A stretch of DNA of 64,000 nt, from NCBI RefSeq assembly GCF_001194135.2, contig NC_068998.1, positions 24,727,315-24,791,314 of the forward strand, in the 5' to 3' direction. Below the pieces are notes generated by a model, which was not told the DNA's origin, ran no database searches, and worked only from the letters and a program-made list of their open reading frames with translations. The stretch comes from Octopus bimaculoides (lineage: Eukaryota). Shown piece after piece: positions 13,964 to 25,664 of the stretch. Numbering within the stretch: position 1 is the first letter of the stretch; each line of letters starts with the position of its first letter. The position numbers and the translations under genes were made by a program.

Positions 13964-14404
13964 ATATATATATATATANNNNNNNNNNNNNNNNNNNNNN
14001 NNNNNNNNNNNNNNNNNNNNNNNNNNNNNNNNNNNNNNNNNNNNNNNNNNNNNNNNNNNNNNNNNNNNNNNNNNNNNNNNNNNNNNNNNNNNNNNNNNNN
14101 NNNNNNNNNNNNNNNNNNNNNNNNNNNNNNNNNNNNNNNNNNNNNNNNNNNNNNNNNNNNNNNNNNNNNNNNNNNNNNNNNNGTTTATGTACTTGTCTTG
14201 CAAGATTCTTGATGTAACACCAAGTTTGAAACATATTGAAGATGGTCGTCTTTCTGAACTTAGTGCGTGTGTTTAAATTGCAAATAATGGCCATCTCCAA
14301 TATAACAATATATTATCAATCTCTTCTATCTATCTATCTCTCTCTCTGTCTGCCTGTCTATCTATGTGTCCATCTCTCTCTCTATCTATCTATTTATCTT
14401 CGGT

Positions 14405-14494
14405 GTTTCACGTGACCATTCGTCAGACAGCTGCTATAAAACAGAATGATTATTCCGTTTCATCACATATGTCGGACAAACGGTCACGTGAAAC
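14405..14494. repeat. Inverted repeat, 25-bp arms with 40-nt spacer
   Basis: GTTTCACGTGACCATTCGTCAGACA (14405-14429) versus TGTCGGACAAACGGTCACGTGAAAC (14470-14494): 22/25 complementary. Confidence 0.85.
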
Positions 14495-15042
14495 TCTAAG
14501 TAAAAATTTGGAATGTTTTTTTCAGTATCTTGCTCTACCGGTTTGCTATTCAAATGTTATTTTTCCACCCAGATTTGCGCCTAAGTGCTTACTTGTGTGT
14601 GTGTCTGTGTCAGTTAATGACAATCTGGCAATCATACTCTTGTGTTCAACAAAATCCACAACTGACGAATGTGGAGTATGAGGGTTAAAGTGGAATTCGG
14701 AATCATAAGCATCAATTTTAGTATGATCATCATGAAAATATATTACACAGTCGTAAAAAGTTTTCAGTCTGTTTTCATATTCTGAAAATCCAAACATACA
14801 CCTGTATATATTTATGTGTATATGTATATATTTATATATATAAATGTATTTATTTATATGTATATGTATAAACTTATATATATTTTATATATACTTTTAT
14901 ATATTTTATGTAAATTTTGTTTATATATTATGTATATTTTATATATATATGTGTGTGACGGACGATGTAGCCACGATTGTGTAACACTTGTGGGTTACGA
15001 AACAGCTGTGAACTAACAAAATAAATATTTACTCTCTCACAT

Positions 15043-15101
15043 CACTTCTCTTATATCTACACTTCTCTTATAGGAACACTTCTCTTATAGGAACACTTCT
15101 C
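15043..15101. repeat. 17-bp tandem minisatellite, ~3.5 units
   Basis: CACTTCTCTTATA(TCTA/GGAA) repeated. Confidence 0.85.
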
Positions 15102-15130
15102 AAGATTCATTTCCACAAAATATTTATATA

Positions 15131-15578
15131 TTAGTTTGGCAACTAAGTTCCCGACGAATTTTTAAATAAAAAATAACAACTAATTAATCAATAATGTATT
15201 CACCCTTCTTGTCTACATGTTCTTCCCAACGTTCAACAAGAGTTTAAATACCGCGTTGGTAGAAATCACCCGATTTCGGCTCGAAAAATTGATCCAACCA
15301 AGCTCTCAATTCTGCATCAATATTGAACGAAACTCCGCGCATAACATTTGAAAGAGATCGAAAGAGGTGGAAATCGGTTGGGCTAAATCAGGAGAGTACA
15401 GCGGGTGTGGCAGCCATGCATTTGAATGGCTGGTGATATGAGGGCGGGCGTTGTCGTGCAGCAGAAGAACTCCATGCTGCCGATCAGGTCTTTTCTCTTG
15501 AATAGCCGTGTTGAGTCGTTCTATCTGTTGAACATAGAGTTCCGCGTTGACCGTTTGATTCCGTTCAAGCAATTCGTA
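15131..15578 (-). mobile_element. Mariner (DD34D) transposon, 3' part with right TIR; frameshifted transposase
   Basis: Minus-strand YELLERNQTVNAELYVQQIERL...VLLLHDNARPH...PHPLYSPDLA, then a frameshift into PTDFHLFRSL...LVERWE. TIR TA|TTAGTTTGGCAACTAAGTTCC at 15131. The 5' part is lost in the gap. Confidence 0.92.
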
Positions 15579-16533
15579 NNNNNNNNNNNNNNNNNNNNNN
15601 NNNNNNNNNNNNNNNNNNNNNNNNNNNNNNNNNNNNNNNNNNNNNNNNNNNNNNNNNNNNNNNNNNNNNNNNNNNNNNNNNNNNNNNNNNNNNNNNNNNN
15701 NNNNNNNNNNNNNNNNNNNNNNNNNNNNNNNNNNNNNNNNNNNNNNNNNNNNNNNNNNNNNNNNNNNNNNNNNNNNNNNNNNNNNNNNNNNNNNNNNNNN
15801 NNNNNNNNNNNNNNNNNNNNNNNNNNNNNNNNNNNNNNNNNNNNNNNNNNNNNNNNNNNNNNNNNNNNNNNNNNNNNNNNNNNNNNNNNNNNNNNNNNNN
15901 NNNNNNNNNNNNNNNNNNNNNNNNNNNNNNNNNNNNNNNNNNNNNNNNNNNNNNNNNNNNNNNNNNNNNNNNNNNNNNNNNNNNNNNNNNNNNNNNNNNN
16001 NNNNNNNNNNNNNNNNNNNNNNNNNNNNNNNNNNNNNNNNNNNNNNNNNNNNNNNNNNNNNNNNNNNNNNNNNNNNNNNNNNNNNNNNNNNNNNNNNNNN
16101 NNNNNNNNNNNNNNNNNNNNNNNNNNNNNNNNNNNNNNNNNNNNNNNNNNNNNNNNNNNNNNNNNNNNNNNNNNNNNNNNNNNNNNNNNNNNNNNNNNNN
16201 NNNNNNNNNNNNNNNNNNNNNNNNNNNNNNNNNNNNNNNNNNNNNNNNNNNNNNNNNNNNNNNNNNNNNNNNNNNNNNNNNNNNNAAATGTTTGTTTTTC
16301 TTAATCTGGCACGTATGTATGTAACCATACATATATGCATATATAGATACACGCGCGCGCGCGCACACACACACACACACACACATACACAAAGACCGCA
16401 GGTCTTATTCTTTGTAAGGCTCGTACTTATTCTATCGGTTCCGTCTACCGAACCACTAAGTTACGGTGTCGTAAACACAACCTCGGTTGTCAAACGATGG
16501 TAGGGCACAAACACAGACGCCAAACATACATAC

Positions 16534-16571
<38 letters not shown>

Positions 16572-17149
16572 ATGCAAGCTACCACCATTACACCATCACA
16601 ATATTAAGATACAAATTACCTTGGAAATGTGAGAACTAAAAAATAATAAAAAAACACTTCATATATTTAACTAATGTGTCTCTGAGTCCTGTATTATTCC
16701 GTTTCCTGTAAAAAAAAATCACATCAATAGAAAATAAATAAAAAGCAAATAATCTATTCATAGATTTTCCATTGCCAGATTTCTTTTCTTGTCTCTTTCT
16801 AATTGTCTCTGTTTTTCGTTTGTTTACATTTGTTCCTATACTTCCTATTTAAATAAAATAATAATGAATACTAAATATGCAAATGTAGTTATGATAGCTG
16901 GTACAGACTCTTTGTATACACATCACTGGAATATTAAAGAGGTAGCCGCTCAGAACATTAGGTAAGCAAATTAATTTGTATTTGTTCATAATGCCTACGA
17001 ATATTTGTTTCACGTGTATAACGGTAGAAAGCGAGCAAGTTAGTGATAGTCTGCGTTGACAAATATCAAAACAAAATAATATAATGGAATACTTTTCAGT
17101 TCCTGTATTCATCATAGATATAATAATTTTTCTTCACGCTCACAATTCT

Positions 17150-18150
17150 AAACACATTTATGCAGAAACACCATTAAATTTTTTATTTCCACCGAATAAT
17201 TCTTCACACAACAGATGTTTCTTCTTACTCACGGCGAATAATTTATCCCATTGAAAGATAGTTTCTGTGTCATTCTCGTCACTGGGGTACCTTTTGATTT
17301 TAGATGGTAATGTATCTACTTTCAGTTAAAGCAGCATCTTTACTCTTACATTACTTGCAGCCTAAACTTTGTCTTCTTGGCAGATTAGATTCTAAATCAT
17401 GGTTAAGACATTGTGGTATATCACTTACAAACAACCACACACATCAAAATGATTGCCAGACTCAATTCTAATTCCTTACGATTTCGTTTCTCTAACTACA
17501 TCTTTGGATAGTTTATTTTCTTTTTCATTTCCAATCTCCTGTCTCACTTATCAAATCGTAGCCAGAGAAATTCCTTCCAATGTTATTATGAAAACGAAAA
17601 CCTGTAATTGCGGGAATTTCAGGAACTAAACCTTTATGGAAAGAATCGAAAATACAAATTCCGATGACAACTACGTGGTTTGCTTGTTTATAAAGTATCA
17701 TTGGCATTAATGCTTGGAATGTGGAACTAATATTGGTTTTAGTTCTCAAAGAAAACATCAGTTTGAGGAGAATAATGATATTGATTCAATTCCCCTTATA
17801 CAAGACATTATAGTGGATATCTAGAGTGATGGACATTATACTAATTTTATATATGTGTGACGTTGAACCACACAGAAGTTATACTAACATATTTCTACAA
17901 TACAGTGTGAATGCATCTCTCAGCTCCATAAAAAAATACGATATGCTGCTATCATACACCAGAATTTACACGTTTCATGTAGATAAAAGAAACACGTACT
18001 GGAAGCTACCTTTTAGAGAAATATATATTTGATCTAGTATGCAGCTTACTCAATGATAAATTAGTTAATTAATTGGCCTTTCTTTCTTAATGAAAAATGA
18101 AGCAAAAATAATTACTTGTAATTGTTAAGAAAACAAAGAAATGGAGGAAG
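17150..18150 (-). pseudogene. Candidate highly decayed class-A GPCR relic (FMRFamide-receptor-like TM6)
   Basis: Frame-hopping translation gives RKKGQLIN*FIIE*AA (TM1/2-like), ITSVWF (TM3-like) and RNRKELELSLAIILMCVVV..DIPQCLN (TM6-like) at plausible spacings. Many stops and frameshifts; read by eye only. Confidence 0.25.
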
Positions 18151-19641
18151 AGATAATTTCAAAATGTTAAGAATAAATTTCGCAAAGAATATTTAAATGC
18201 TTAGGCGATAGACTTTACTTTTCTTGCCCGTGAGGATACACATTTCACGATTTTGTGAAAATAATTCTTAATGTATAAAAATTTGTCTGATATTATCAAT
18301 TTTCACAATATCTCTCATCTGAGAGAAGACAAAATGTTATTTTCAAAGTTAGGAGAGGCTATGAGTTTGTTTTTCTAGTACATTACGCATTAATTAATCT
18401 CAATTCATGTCATCGTGCCATCTTACTTATTTTCATTGCCTAATTATAAATTTTGATTGTACCAATTATTACTGGTATGAAGTCATTATAACACTTTTCC
18501 ATATATCAGGCAGCTTGCATCTAAGGAACGTAAGCAGAGTATCCTATCCTTTTCCGTTTAATAATATTGGAATACGTTGTTCCTTTGTCTACAAAACCAG
18601 ATTTTACTTTAAGTATAAAAACTAATTTTGTTATTTCTTGAAATTATTTGCACATTTTGAAGAGTCCTTAGGGATTCGCATTAATTTGTTCTGTCTTTGT
18701 CAAGCTAAGGGAGAAGTATTACTTAACTCTTTTTTTTTTTCATACGTCAAGCGATAAATCACGTATTCGCAATTCAAGCCACTGGCCTGCTTGATATATT
18801 CCTTCAATTCGTTTTGATTTTAGCTATTTGGTAAACGCATTCAAGTCTATGCACACATATTTAACACTGCAACGCAGTGAATACTTGCAGAGTGGAAGTG
18901 TGTTGCTGGGTACAAACTGTTGCAAAGATATCACGAATTGTATTTTAATTTGCTACACACGTACGTATTGCAATAAATTAAGCGACGATTCTTAAGATTG
19001 ATCACAAAATTTTCCTTTATGGTGCAAATCAGTTTTTCATTTTTCTAGCAATTTCTGTAACACATCTGCTGTTCTCACCTAATTCCACTTCAATATCCTT
19101 TATCGTAGGGAATAGTTTTTCCGAAATTTCTAAAGTTCCTTTTCATATCAGTGTATCTTAAATAGCTTTTCTGCAGCACGTGACATTGTTTTGTCAATAT
19201 ATTTCTACAAATAATTTCAATTTCAATATTTCTGCTAAAGAATAATTACGGAACACTTACCTACATAAATAGATACTTTACTGCATTTACAAATAGAACG
19301 CTTTATAGTATGAGAAATTGATTTTTTTAAAATTTAAATTTACCGGAATATATATATAAATAAAATATAATATATATCGATATATATATATATATAGATA
19401 GATAGATAGATACATGGTTTATATATATATATATATACATGATTTATTTATATAGTTATATGATTTATATATATAGGGTAGGCCAGAAATCAACCGAGAG
19501 TAAATCAAAATTCCATAATTTCTTAATATTCAATTTTATTTATTGATTCCAATTGCGAATGTTTAATAATTGAATGCTCTGAGTTAAAATCACCGTTTTT
19601 TNNNNNNNNNNNNNNNNNNNNNNNNNNNNNNNNNNNNNNNN

Positions 19642-19905
19642 ATTTACAAAAAGACAAAAGATGCAGACGGGTGTGTAAACAACAAACAGAAGTGAGAAAG
19701 TTTTTTACGTTTCGAGCCTACGTTCTTCGACAGAAAAGAACGCAGAAATAAACAGGGAGAGAAAGTAAAAGAAGGTTTACTGGCTTAGCGATCTATCATG
19801 GTGAGTGCCGGACAGAGGGGTCACACAGGAGAGCTAGGAAAAAGGGAAGATAATAAAGAAGTGATAATCCCAAAGCGAAGGTGCGTGTGCGTGTGCGTGT
19901 GCGTG
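19642..19905 (-). mobile_element. Dispersed repeat (copy 1 of 2) with hammerhead-like motif; probably Penelope-like terminal repeat
   Basis: Clear homology over ~260 bp to 44432-44685. The minus strand at 19701-19738 reads TTTT-CTGTCGA-A-GAAC-GTAG-GCTC-GAA-ACGT-A-AAAA. Confidence 0.65.
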
Positions 19906-20077
19906 TGTATGTGAGATCGTTTATGGGCGTGTAGATGGAGGTTGGTGAATGTATATATATACACACATACACACCTGATTTTTATTTATAAATATATATG
20001 TATATAAAGAAACAGGGTTTGCTTTGTAATACATGGATGTATCAAGAGTTAAACAGAAAGAACACAAAGGGAAACAT

Positions 20078-20855
20078 TTAGACGAAAGCAGAGCAAGAGG
20101 GAAACTAGACGAAAGCTTAACGGACGGGATATATAAACAAAGACACGATACACGGAATATCTGCAGCTGAGTTTTCCTTATCCGTCAATGACCCAAAATA
20201 TCATAGTTGTTTCGCGCCATCACCATTGAGACCGCTCAATCTTGGAGGCTCCAGTTCTGTTATTAAGCTTTTGGAAAAAAGCTAGTGAATGTATACTAAG
20301 ACAGAAACAAACACAACATTATATAAATACAACGGAAAAAGAATTATGCATATAGAACAGTACTAAGCCTTACAGCTATATACAACAGAGGAAAAGAATA
20401 ATAATTACACATATACCACATATACAACTGAAATCTCTTTGCTGCAATCGAACGAACTTAGTGTGGTTGCGCAAAGATGAAATGGACGTAGCAGAAGCTG
20501 AGACCATCATGACCAATATGGTTAAAGGCACCACGAAAAAGAACAACGTCGCCTCCAGCGGACACCGGTCACGTGGTAAGGAGGAGGAAGTATAAAGAGA
20601 GGGTAGGAATGGGAGACAGAGACAGAAAGAGAGCGAAGGAGCAGAGGGATTTGAGAAAGAGTGTGAAAGAGATAGAAGAGAAAAGTACTAGGGAGGTAAG
20701 GGAGGGAGGAAAGAGAGAGTAAGTGTGGAGAATAAGATAGAATAAGAGTAGAGGTGGGAAAAGATAGAGTAAGAAGGAACGGGAGGACAGAGAGGGAGAC
20801 CAGAAAGAAAGGGAGACAGATAGTAAAGAGAAAGTACAAGGTAGGCAAGCAAGGG

Positions 20856-20904
<49 letters not shown>

Positions 20905-21285
20905 AGAGTGGATAAAGAGATAGAGTAAGAGTAGAAAGAGTTAAGAGTCGCACAATAAATATTCAACATGGTTGTGTCAAGGGTTGAACGAGGAAAAAAA
21001 CACAACGAGGAAAAAAGTTCGCCGAAAGCTGAGCAAACAGGCAACTAGACGTGACCAGTGTCCGATGAAGGCTATGTTGTTCTTTTTCACCCTACCTTAA
21101 TAACAGCACTGGTGCCTCCGAGATTAATTGGTCTCAATGGTAATGGCACGAAACCACTATGATATTTTGGGTCATTGACTGACGAAGAAACCTCTGCTGC
21201 GAATATTCCGTGTATCGTGTCTTTGTCTATATTCCCTGTCCGTTAAATTTTCGTCTAGTTTCCTGTTTGCTCTGCTTTCGTCTAA
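20078..21285. repeat. Large inverted repeat (~235-bp unit) around a GA-rich spacer
   Basis: 21049-21285 is the reverse complement of 20535-20574 plus 20078-20267 (the left arm is split by ~267 bp of extra DNA). Spacer 20575-21048 is a purine-rich (GA) tract. Confidence 0.85.
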
Positions 21286-21338
21286 CTTTTACTCGGGGCT
21301 AACGCAGTTTCGCACCTCTCCTTGAATAATGCATTTTT

Positions 21339-21530
21339 GTGAAAAATGTTTTTGGATTCCTAAGTTTAAGATCCCGGATATTAAGAATGTGCAAAAAAAA
21401 AAAATTATATTCCCCCAAATTCCTAGTTTTCCCATTATACCAATGCTCAGACAACACCACTGACCAAACACGAATAAATAGGGAAAATAATCTTATTCAA
21501 AAATACAGACCACAACTCAACATATTCTAA
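21339..21530 (+). mobile_element. C-terminal GIY-YIG endonuclease relic of a Penelope-like retroelement
   Basis: ...KFLVFPLYQCSDNTTDQTRINRENNLIQKYRPQLN matches the (I/V)FPFY...R...E..(F/L)I.K..P.LN ending typical of PLE GIY-YIG domains. Confidence 0.6.
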
Positions 21531-21741
21531 CATAAGCCCCCTCCCAGGTGCACGCCCAAAACAAAGACACACAGATACGCAAAATCACACACNNNNNNNN
21601 NNNNNNNNNNNNNNNNNNNNNNNNNNNNNNNNNNNNNNNNNNNNNNNNNNNNNNNNNNNNNNNNNNNNNNNNNNNNNNNNNNNNNNNNNNNNTTTGTCCC
21701 CTCTGTGTGCAGCCCTGTGTGGCTAATAAAAGAAAGTTATA

Positions 21742-21772
<31 letters not shown>

Positions 21773-22527
21773 GTGTCTATCTATCAATCTATCAATCTAT
21801 CTATCTACAAACACACACACATACATCTACACACACATATACATATATACATTCAGACTTACGTATCCACACATATATATTTAGAATACCACTGAGCTCT
21901 TAATATTTTCCTACTTGCCTTTTTTATTTCCATATCAAACATCTGTTCTTTTCAAATGATGCATCCCTGACATTTATTTTTTACCAACCTTTCTAGGTCT
22001 TCTTCACCACATCACCTGCACATGGAATGATATTGGCTTCTATTCGTCCCATTTTCGAGTTAGTAACTTTTGTTAGGTAGACTATACTGTCAGAAATTTT
22101 TATGTAGATTTTTAAGCCAGAATTTCAAAGTCGGTATATTAGCGCTACACGTCAGGGGATTCATTCTCTTGTTTTTTTTTCTCTTCGCGGTTAGAGTTAC
22201 ACGTCATTGGAGAGCTATTTAACTTCATTGTGACGTATTTATGTTCTCTCCGTGTTGGCTGTAAAGTCTGTATAAAGATATCCACTGTAGAAATGAGACA
22301 GTACAGATGTCGACACCGTTTCATATGTAGATGAGCCCGAGGCAACATGGTAACTTTGATAAAAATGAATTTACGAACTTTCTTTCTCTAAACTAATTAT
22401 TATGGTCTGATACGCCGATGCGGAAAAGAAAATAATGAGAAAGATTAAAATAAAATATAGACGTATTTTCAATATATGTAATTTTAAACGGGAAGGCGTT
22501 TTCAATACGTAAAACAGACAGATAGAC

Positions 22528-22552
22528 ACACACACACACACATATCCACCAC

Positions 22553-22620
<68 letters not shown>
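22528..22620. repeat. (CA)n + (TATC)n compound microsatellite
   Basis: Direct inspection. Confidence 0.95.
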
Positions 22621-22621
<1 letters not shown>

Positions 22622-23194
22622 AGACAGTTAATCAACTTGCAGTGTTCATTAGCGTTGTTATATGCAGTTATCGCTTCTTTACTGATTTCATTTGGTCGAA
22701 TCATATGTAGAAAACACTTCAAATGCAGATTTTTACGTTTGAATACTATCATCATTAATGTAATATAATCATTTTCCCTGGTTGCAAAGTCAATGTTGTT
22801 GCAACTGTCTCTTCCTCTGCAGTGTATTATGATTCTTAGTTTCGAGGTTCGGAATGAACTCGGTCTGTTATCGCAAAGATGATTTGCAGGCGATTGAGGA
22901 AGATTATGGCAATGACTATATTTATGAAACAAACGCACAATCATTTCACAATGGTCTTCCCAGATGTTGCGATTTCTTTTCATGATGTTAATTTTGATGA
23001 TTTTGGTCGGATCAGCACATAATTTCCGACAACAAAATATAACAACTTGAGTCAAGAAAGAAGCGGTGAGACGATTTAAGAAATATACAGATGAGCAAAA
23101 TATCAACGGAATAAATTAATATGTGGATGGAGAAACATGCTTTAGAATAGGCACGGACACTAAAACATACATGGGAAATGAATTTCATGCCAAT

Positions 23195-23387
23195 ACATAC
23201 ATACATACGTACATACATACATACATACATACATTCAATCATCTATATATCTATTTATGTATACGTAAATATATATGTATATATCTACACACATACACAT
23301 ATAAGTGCGTATGTGTGCGTGTGAGTGTGTGTTTGTATGGTTTGTGTGTGTGTGTGTGTGCGTGTGCGTCTGTGTGTGTGTGTGTGC

Positions 23388-23479
<92 letters not shown>

Positions 23480-23480
23480 A
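23195..23480. repeat. (CATA)n and long (TG)n microsatellites
   Basis: Direct inspection. Source of the CVCV/THTH ORFs. Confidence 0.95.
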
Positions 23481-23737
23481 CATATTTTAATACTTATACT
23501 TAAGTTGCCAACTGTAAACTTCCGTCATGGAACGGAAGTATTCTTCAGGATCTCTTTCGGCAAAGTAAAATTAACTTGAATCTGAATACTTAGACACTAC
23601 AAATCAAACACCACCTTCACAAGCGATCGAACAGCTGATTGTAAATGTGTTTTGCTTGCTTGCTAATGTTTTCTGTGTCTTTGTATATATATATTCATAT
23701 ATATAGGCGCACCTACACATACGAATACAGGCCCTGA

Positions 23738-24834
23738 AATATGTAACACATTGCCTAAGTACCGATCTTGAAAGATTAGGCTTCTTAAAACCAGAAAGGA
23801 GAAAGCTAATCCGAAGACTCCAGATCCAATCCATCACTGGAACTCTAAATACTTGCAGAACTTTCCAGAAGTCTATCATTTAAATATATATGAGCATGTA
23901 CAGATATGAAACTATTTCCATGAGAATACATACATAAAACAAAACATACACATCTGCATACATACCTACATACATACATACCTACCTACTTACATACATA
24001 CACACATACATACATACATACATACACACATACATACATACACACATACATACATACATGTTGGCACTGCCTCGCTTATGACGTCGAGGGTTCCAGTTGA
24101 TCCGATCAACGGAATAGCCTGCTCATGAAATTAACGTGCAAGTGGCTGAGCACTCCATAGACATNNNNNNNNNNNNNNNNNNNNNNNNNNNNNNNNNNNN
24201 NNNNNNNNNNNNNNNNNNNNNNNNNNNNNNNNNNNNNNNNNNNNNNNNNNNNNNNNNNNNNNNNNNNNNNNNNNNNNNNNNNNNNNNNNNNNNNNNNNNN
24301 NNNNNNNNNNNNNNNNNNNNNNNNNNNNNNNNNNNNNNNNNNNNNNNNNNNNNNNNNNNNNNNNNNNNNATTAACGTGCAAGTGGCTGAGCACTCCACAG
24401 ACATGTGTACTCTTAACGTAGTTCTCGGCGATATTCAGCGTGACACAGTGTGACAAGGCTGGCCCTTTGAAATACAGGCACAACAGAAACAGGAAGAAAG
24501 AGTGAGAGAAAGTTGTGGTGAAAGAGTACAGCAGGGTTCGCCACCATCCCCTGCCGGAGCCTCGTGTAGCTTTAAGTGTTTTCGCTCAATAAACACTCAC
24601 AACGCCCGGTCTGGGAATCGAAACCGCGATCCTATGACCGCGAGTCCGCTGCCCCAACCACTGGGCCATTGCGCCTCCACTTACATACATACATACACAC
24701 ATACATACATACATGCATGCAAATAAAGATACACTATTGCTGATGTTGAAATTCCAATGAGGGAGCCTTTGATCTAGGATATCTGTCTATTGGCAAGAAA
24801 TCTTGAAATAAATCTGAACAATGATATACATACA
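23738..24834 (+). mobile_element. 3' end of an RLE-type (R4/Dong/NeSL-like) non-LTR retrotransposon, interrupted by a SINE
   Basis: Frame ...YVTHCLSTDLERLGFLKPERRKLIRRLQIQSITGTLNTCRTFQKSII* (stop 23881-23883) fits the LG...LQ..(A/S)I.GT..I.(R/K).F ending of RLE ORFs. The 3'UTR with internal (CATA)n resumes at ~24720. Same layout as 43140-43600. Confidence 0.7.
24060..24680 (-). mobile_element. tRNA-derived SINE, family C, nested in the (CATA)n tract of the LINE 3'UTR
   Basis: Minus-strand head GTGGAGGCGCAATGGCCCAGTGG (A box) ... GGTTTCGATTCCC (B box), long body, flanked by CATA repeats on both sides. Confidence 0.88.
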
Positions 24835-25164
24835 TAATAAGTTATTAATAAAACTATGAATCAACCAAAATACTTTACAAGATTTTTGTTAACGTACATA
24901 CACCAGGCTAGCAAAATGTTTTCAGAGTAGTATTGAAATGTAGGTAATCGTTGGGAAAGATTTGAATCTGAAGTCAACCAGTAGCGGATTTTGTAAATCT
25001 ATGGTTGCATTCCCGAGTTAATCTGGTCTTTTTTGCCACAGTGATATACAAGAAAAGGCACAAATAATGGGCTTTACATATGTCTTTATTTGTGTAACTT
25101 TGACTTCATATATGTATGTATGCATTTATGTATATATGTATATGTATGTATGTATCTATATATA

Positions 25165-25217
<53 letters not shown>

Positions 25218-25615
25218 NNNNNNNNNNNNNNNNNNNNNNNNNNNNNNNNNNNNNNNNNNNNNNNNNNNNNNNNNNNNNNNNNNNNNNNNNNNNNNNNNNN
25301 NNNNNNNNNNNNNNNNNNNNNNNNNNNNNNNNNNNNNNNNNNNNNNNNNNNNNNNNNNNNNNNNNNNNNNNNNNNNNNNNNNNNNNNNNNNNNNNNNNNN
25401 NNNNNNNNNNNNNNNNNNNNNNNNNNNNNNNNNNNNNNNNNNNNNNNNNNNNNNNNNNNNNNNNNNNNNNNNNNNNNNNNNNNNNNNNNNNNNNNNNNNN
25501 NNNNNNNNNNNNNNNNNNNNNNNNNNNNNNNNNNNNNNNNNNNNNNNNNNNNNNNNNNNNNNNNNNNNNNNNNNNNNNNNNNNNNNGTGTGTGTGTCTGT
25601 GTGTGTGTATTTATG

Positions 25616-25664
<49 letters not shown>

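Noticed and set aside
16620-16705. Minus-strand segment with good acceptor and donor that nearly encodes a signal peptide (MKCFFIIF...)
   Set aside because: There is an in-frame stop as sequenced. It would need a 1-nt homopolymer correction and has no partner exons.
19475-19601. Possible Tc1/mariner terminus (TA|TAGGGTAGGCCAGAAATC)
   Set aside because: Only one end is visible before a gap, too little to call.
21055-21230. CCGATGA and CTGACGA hammerhead-like cores in the inverted repeat arm
   Set aside because: No consistent stem II/GAAA geometry, and the other arm does not conserve them.
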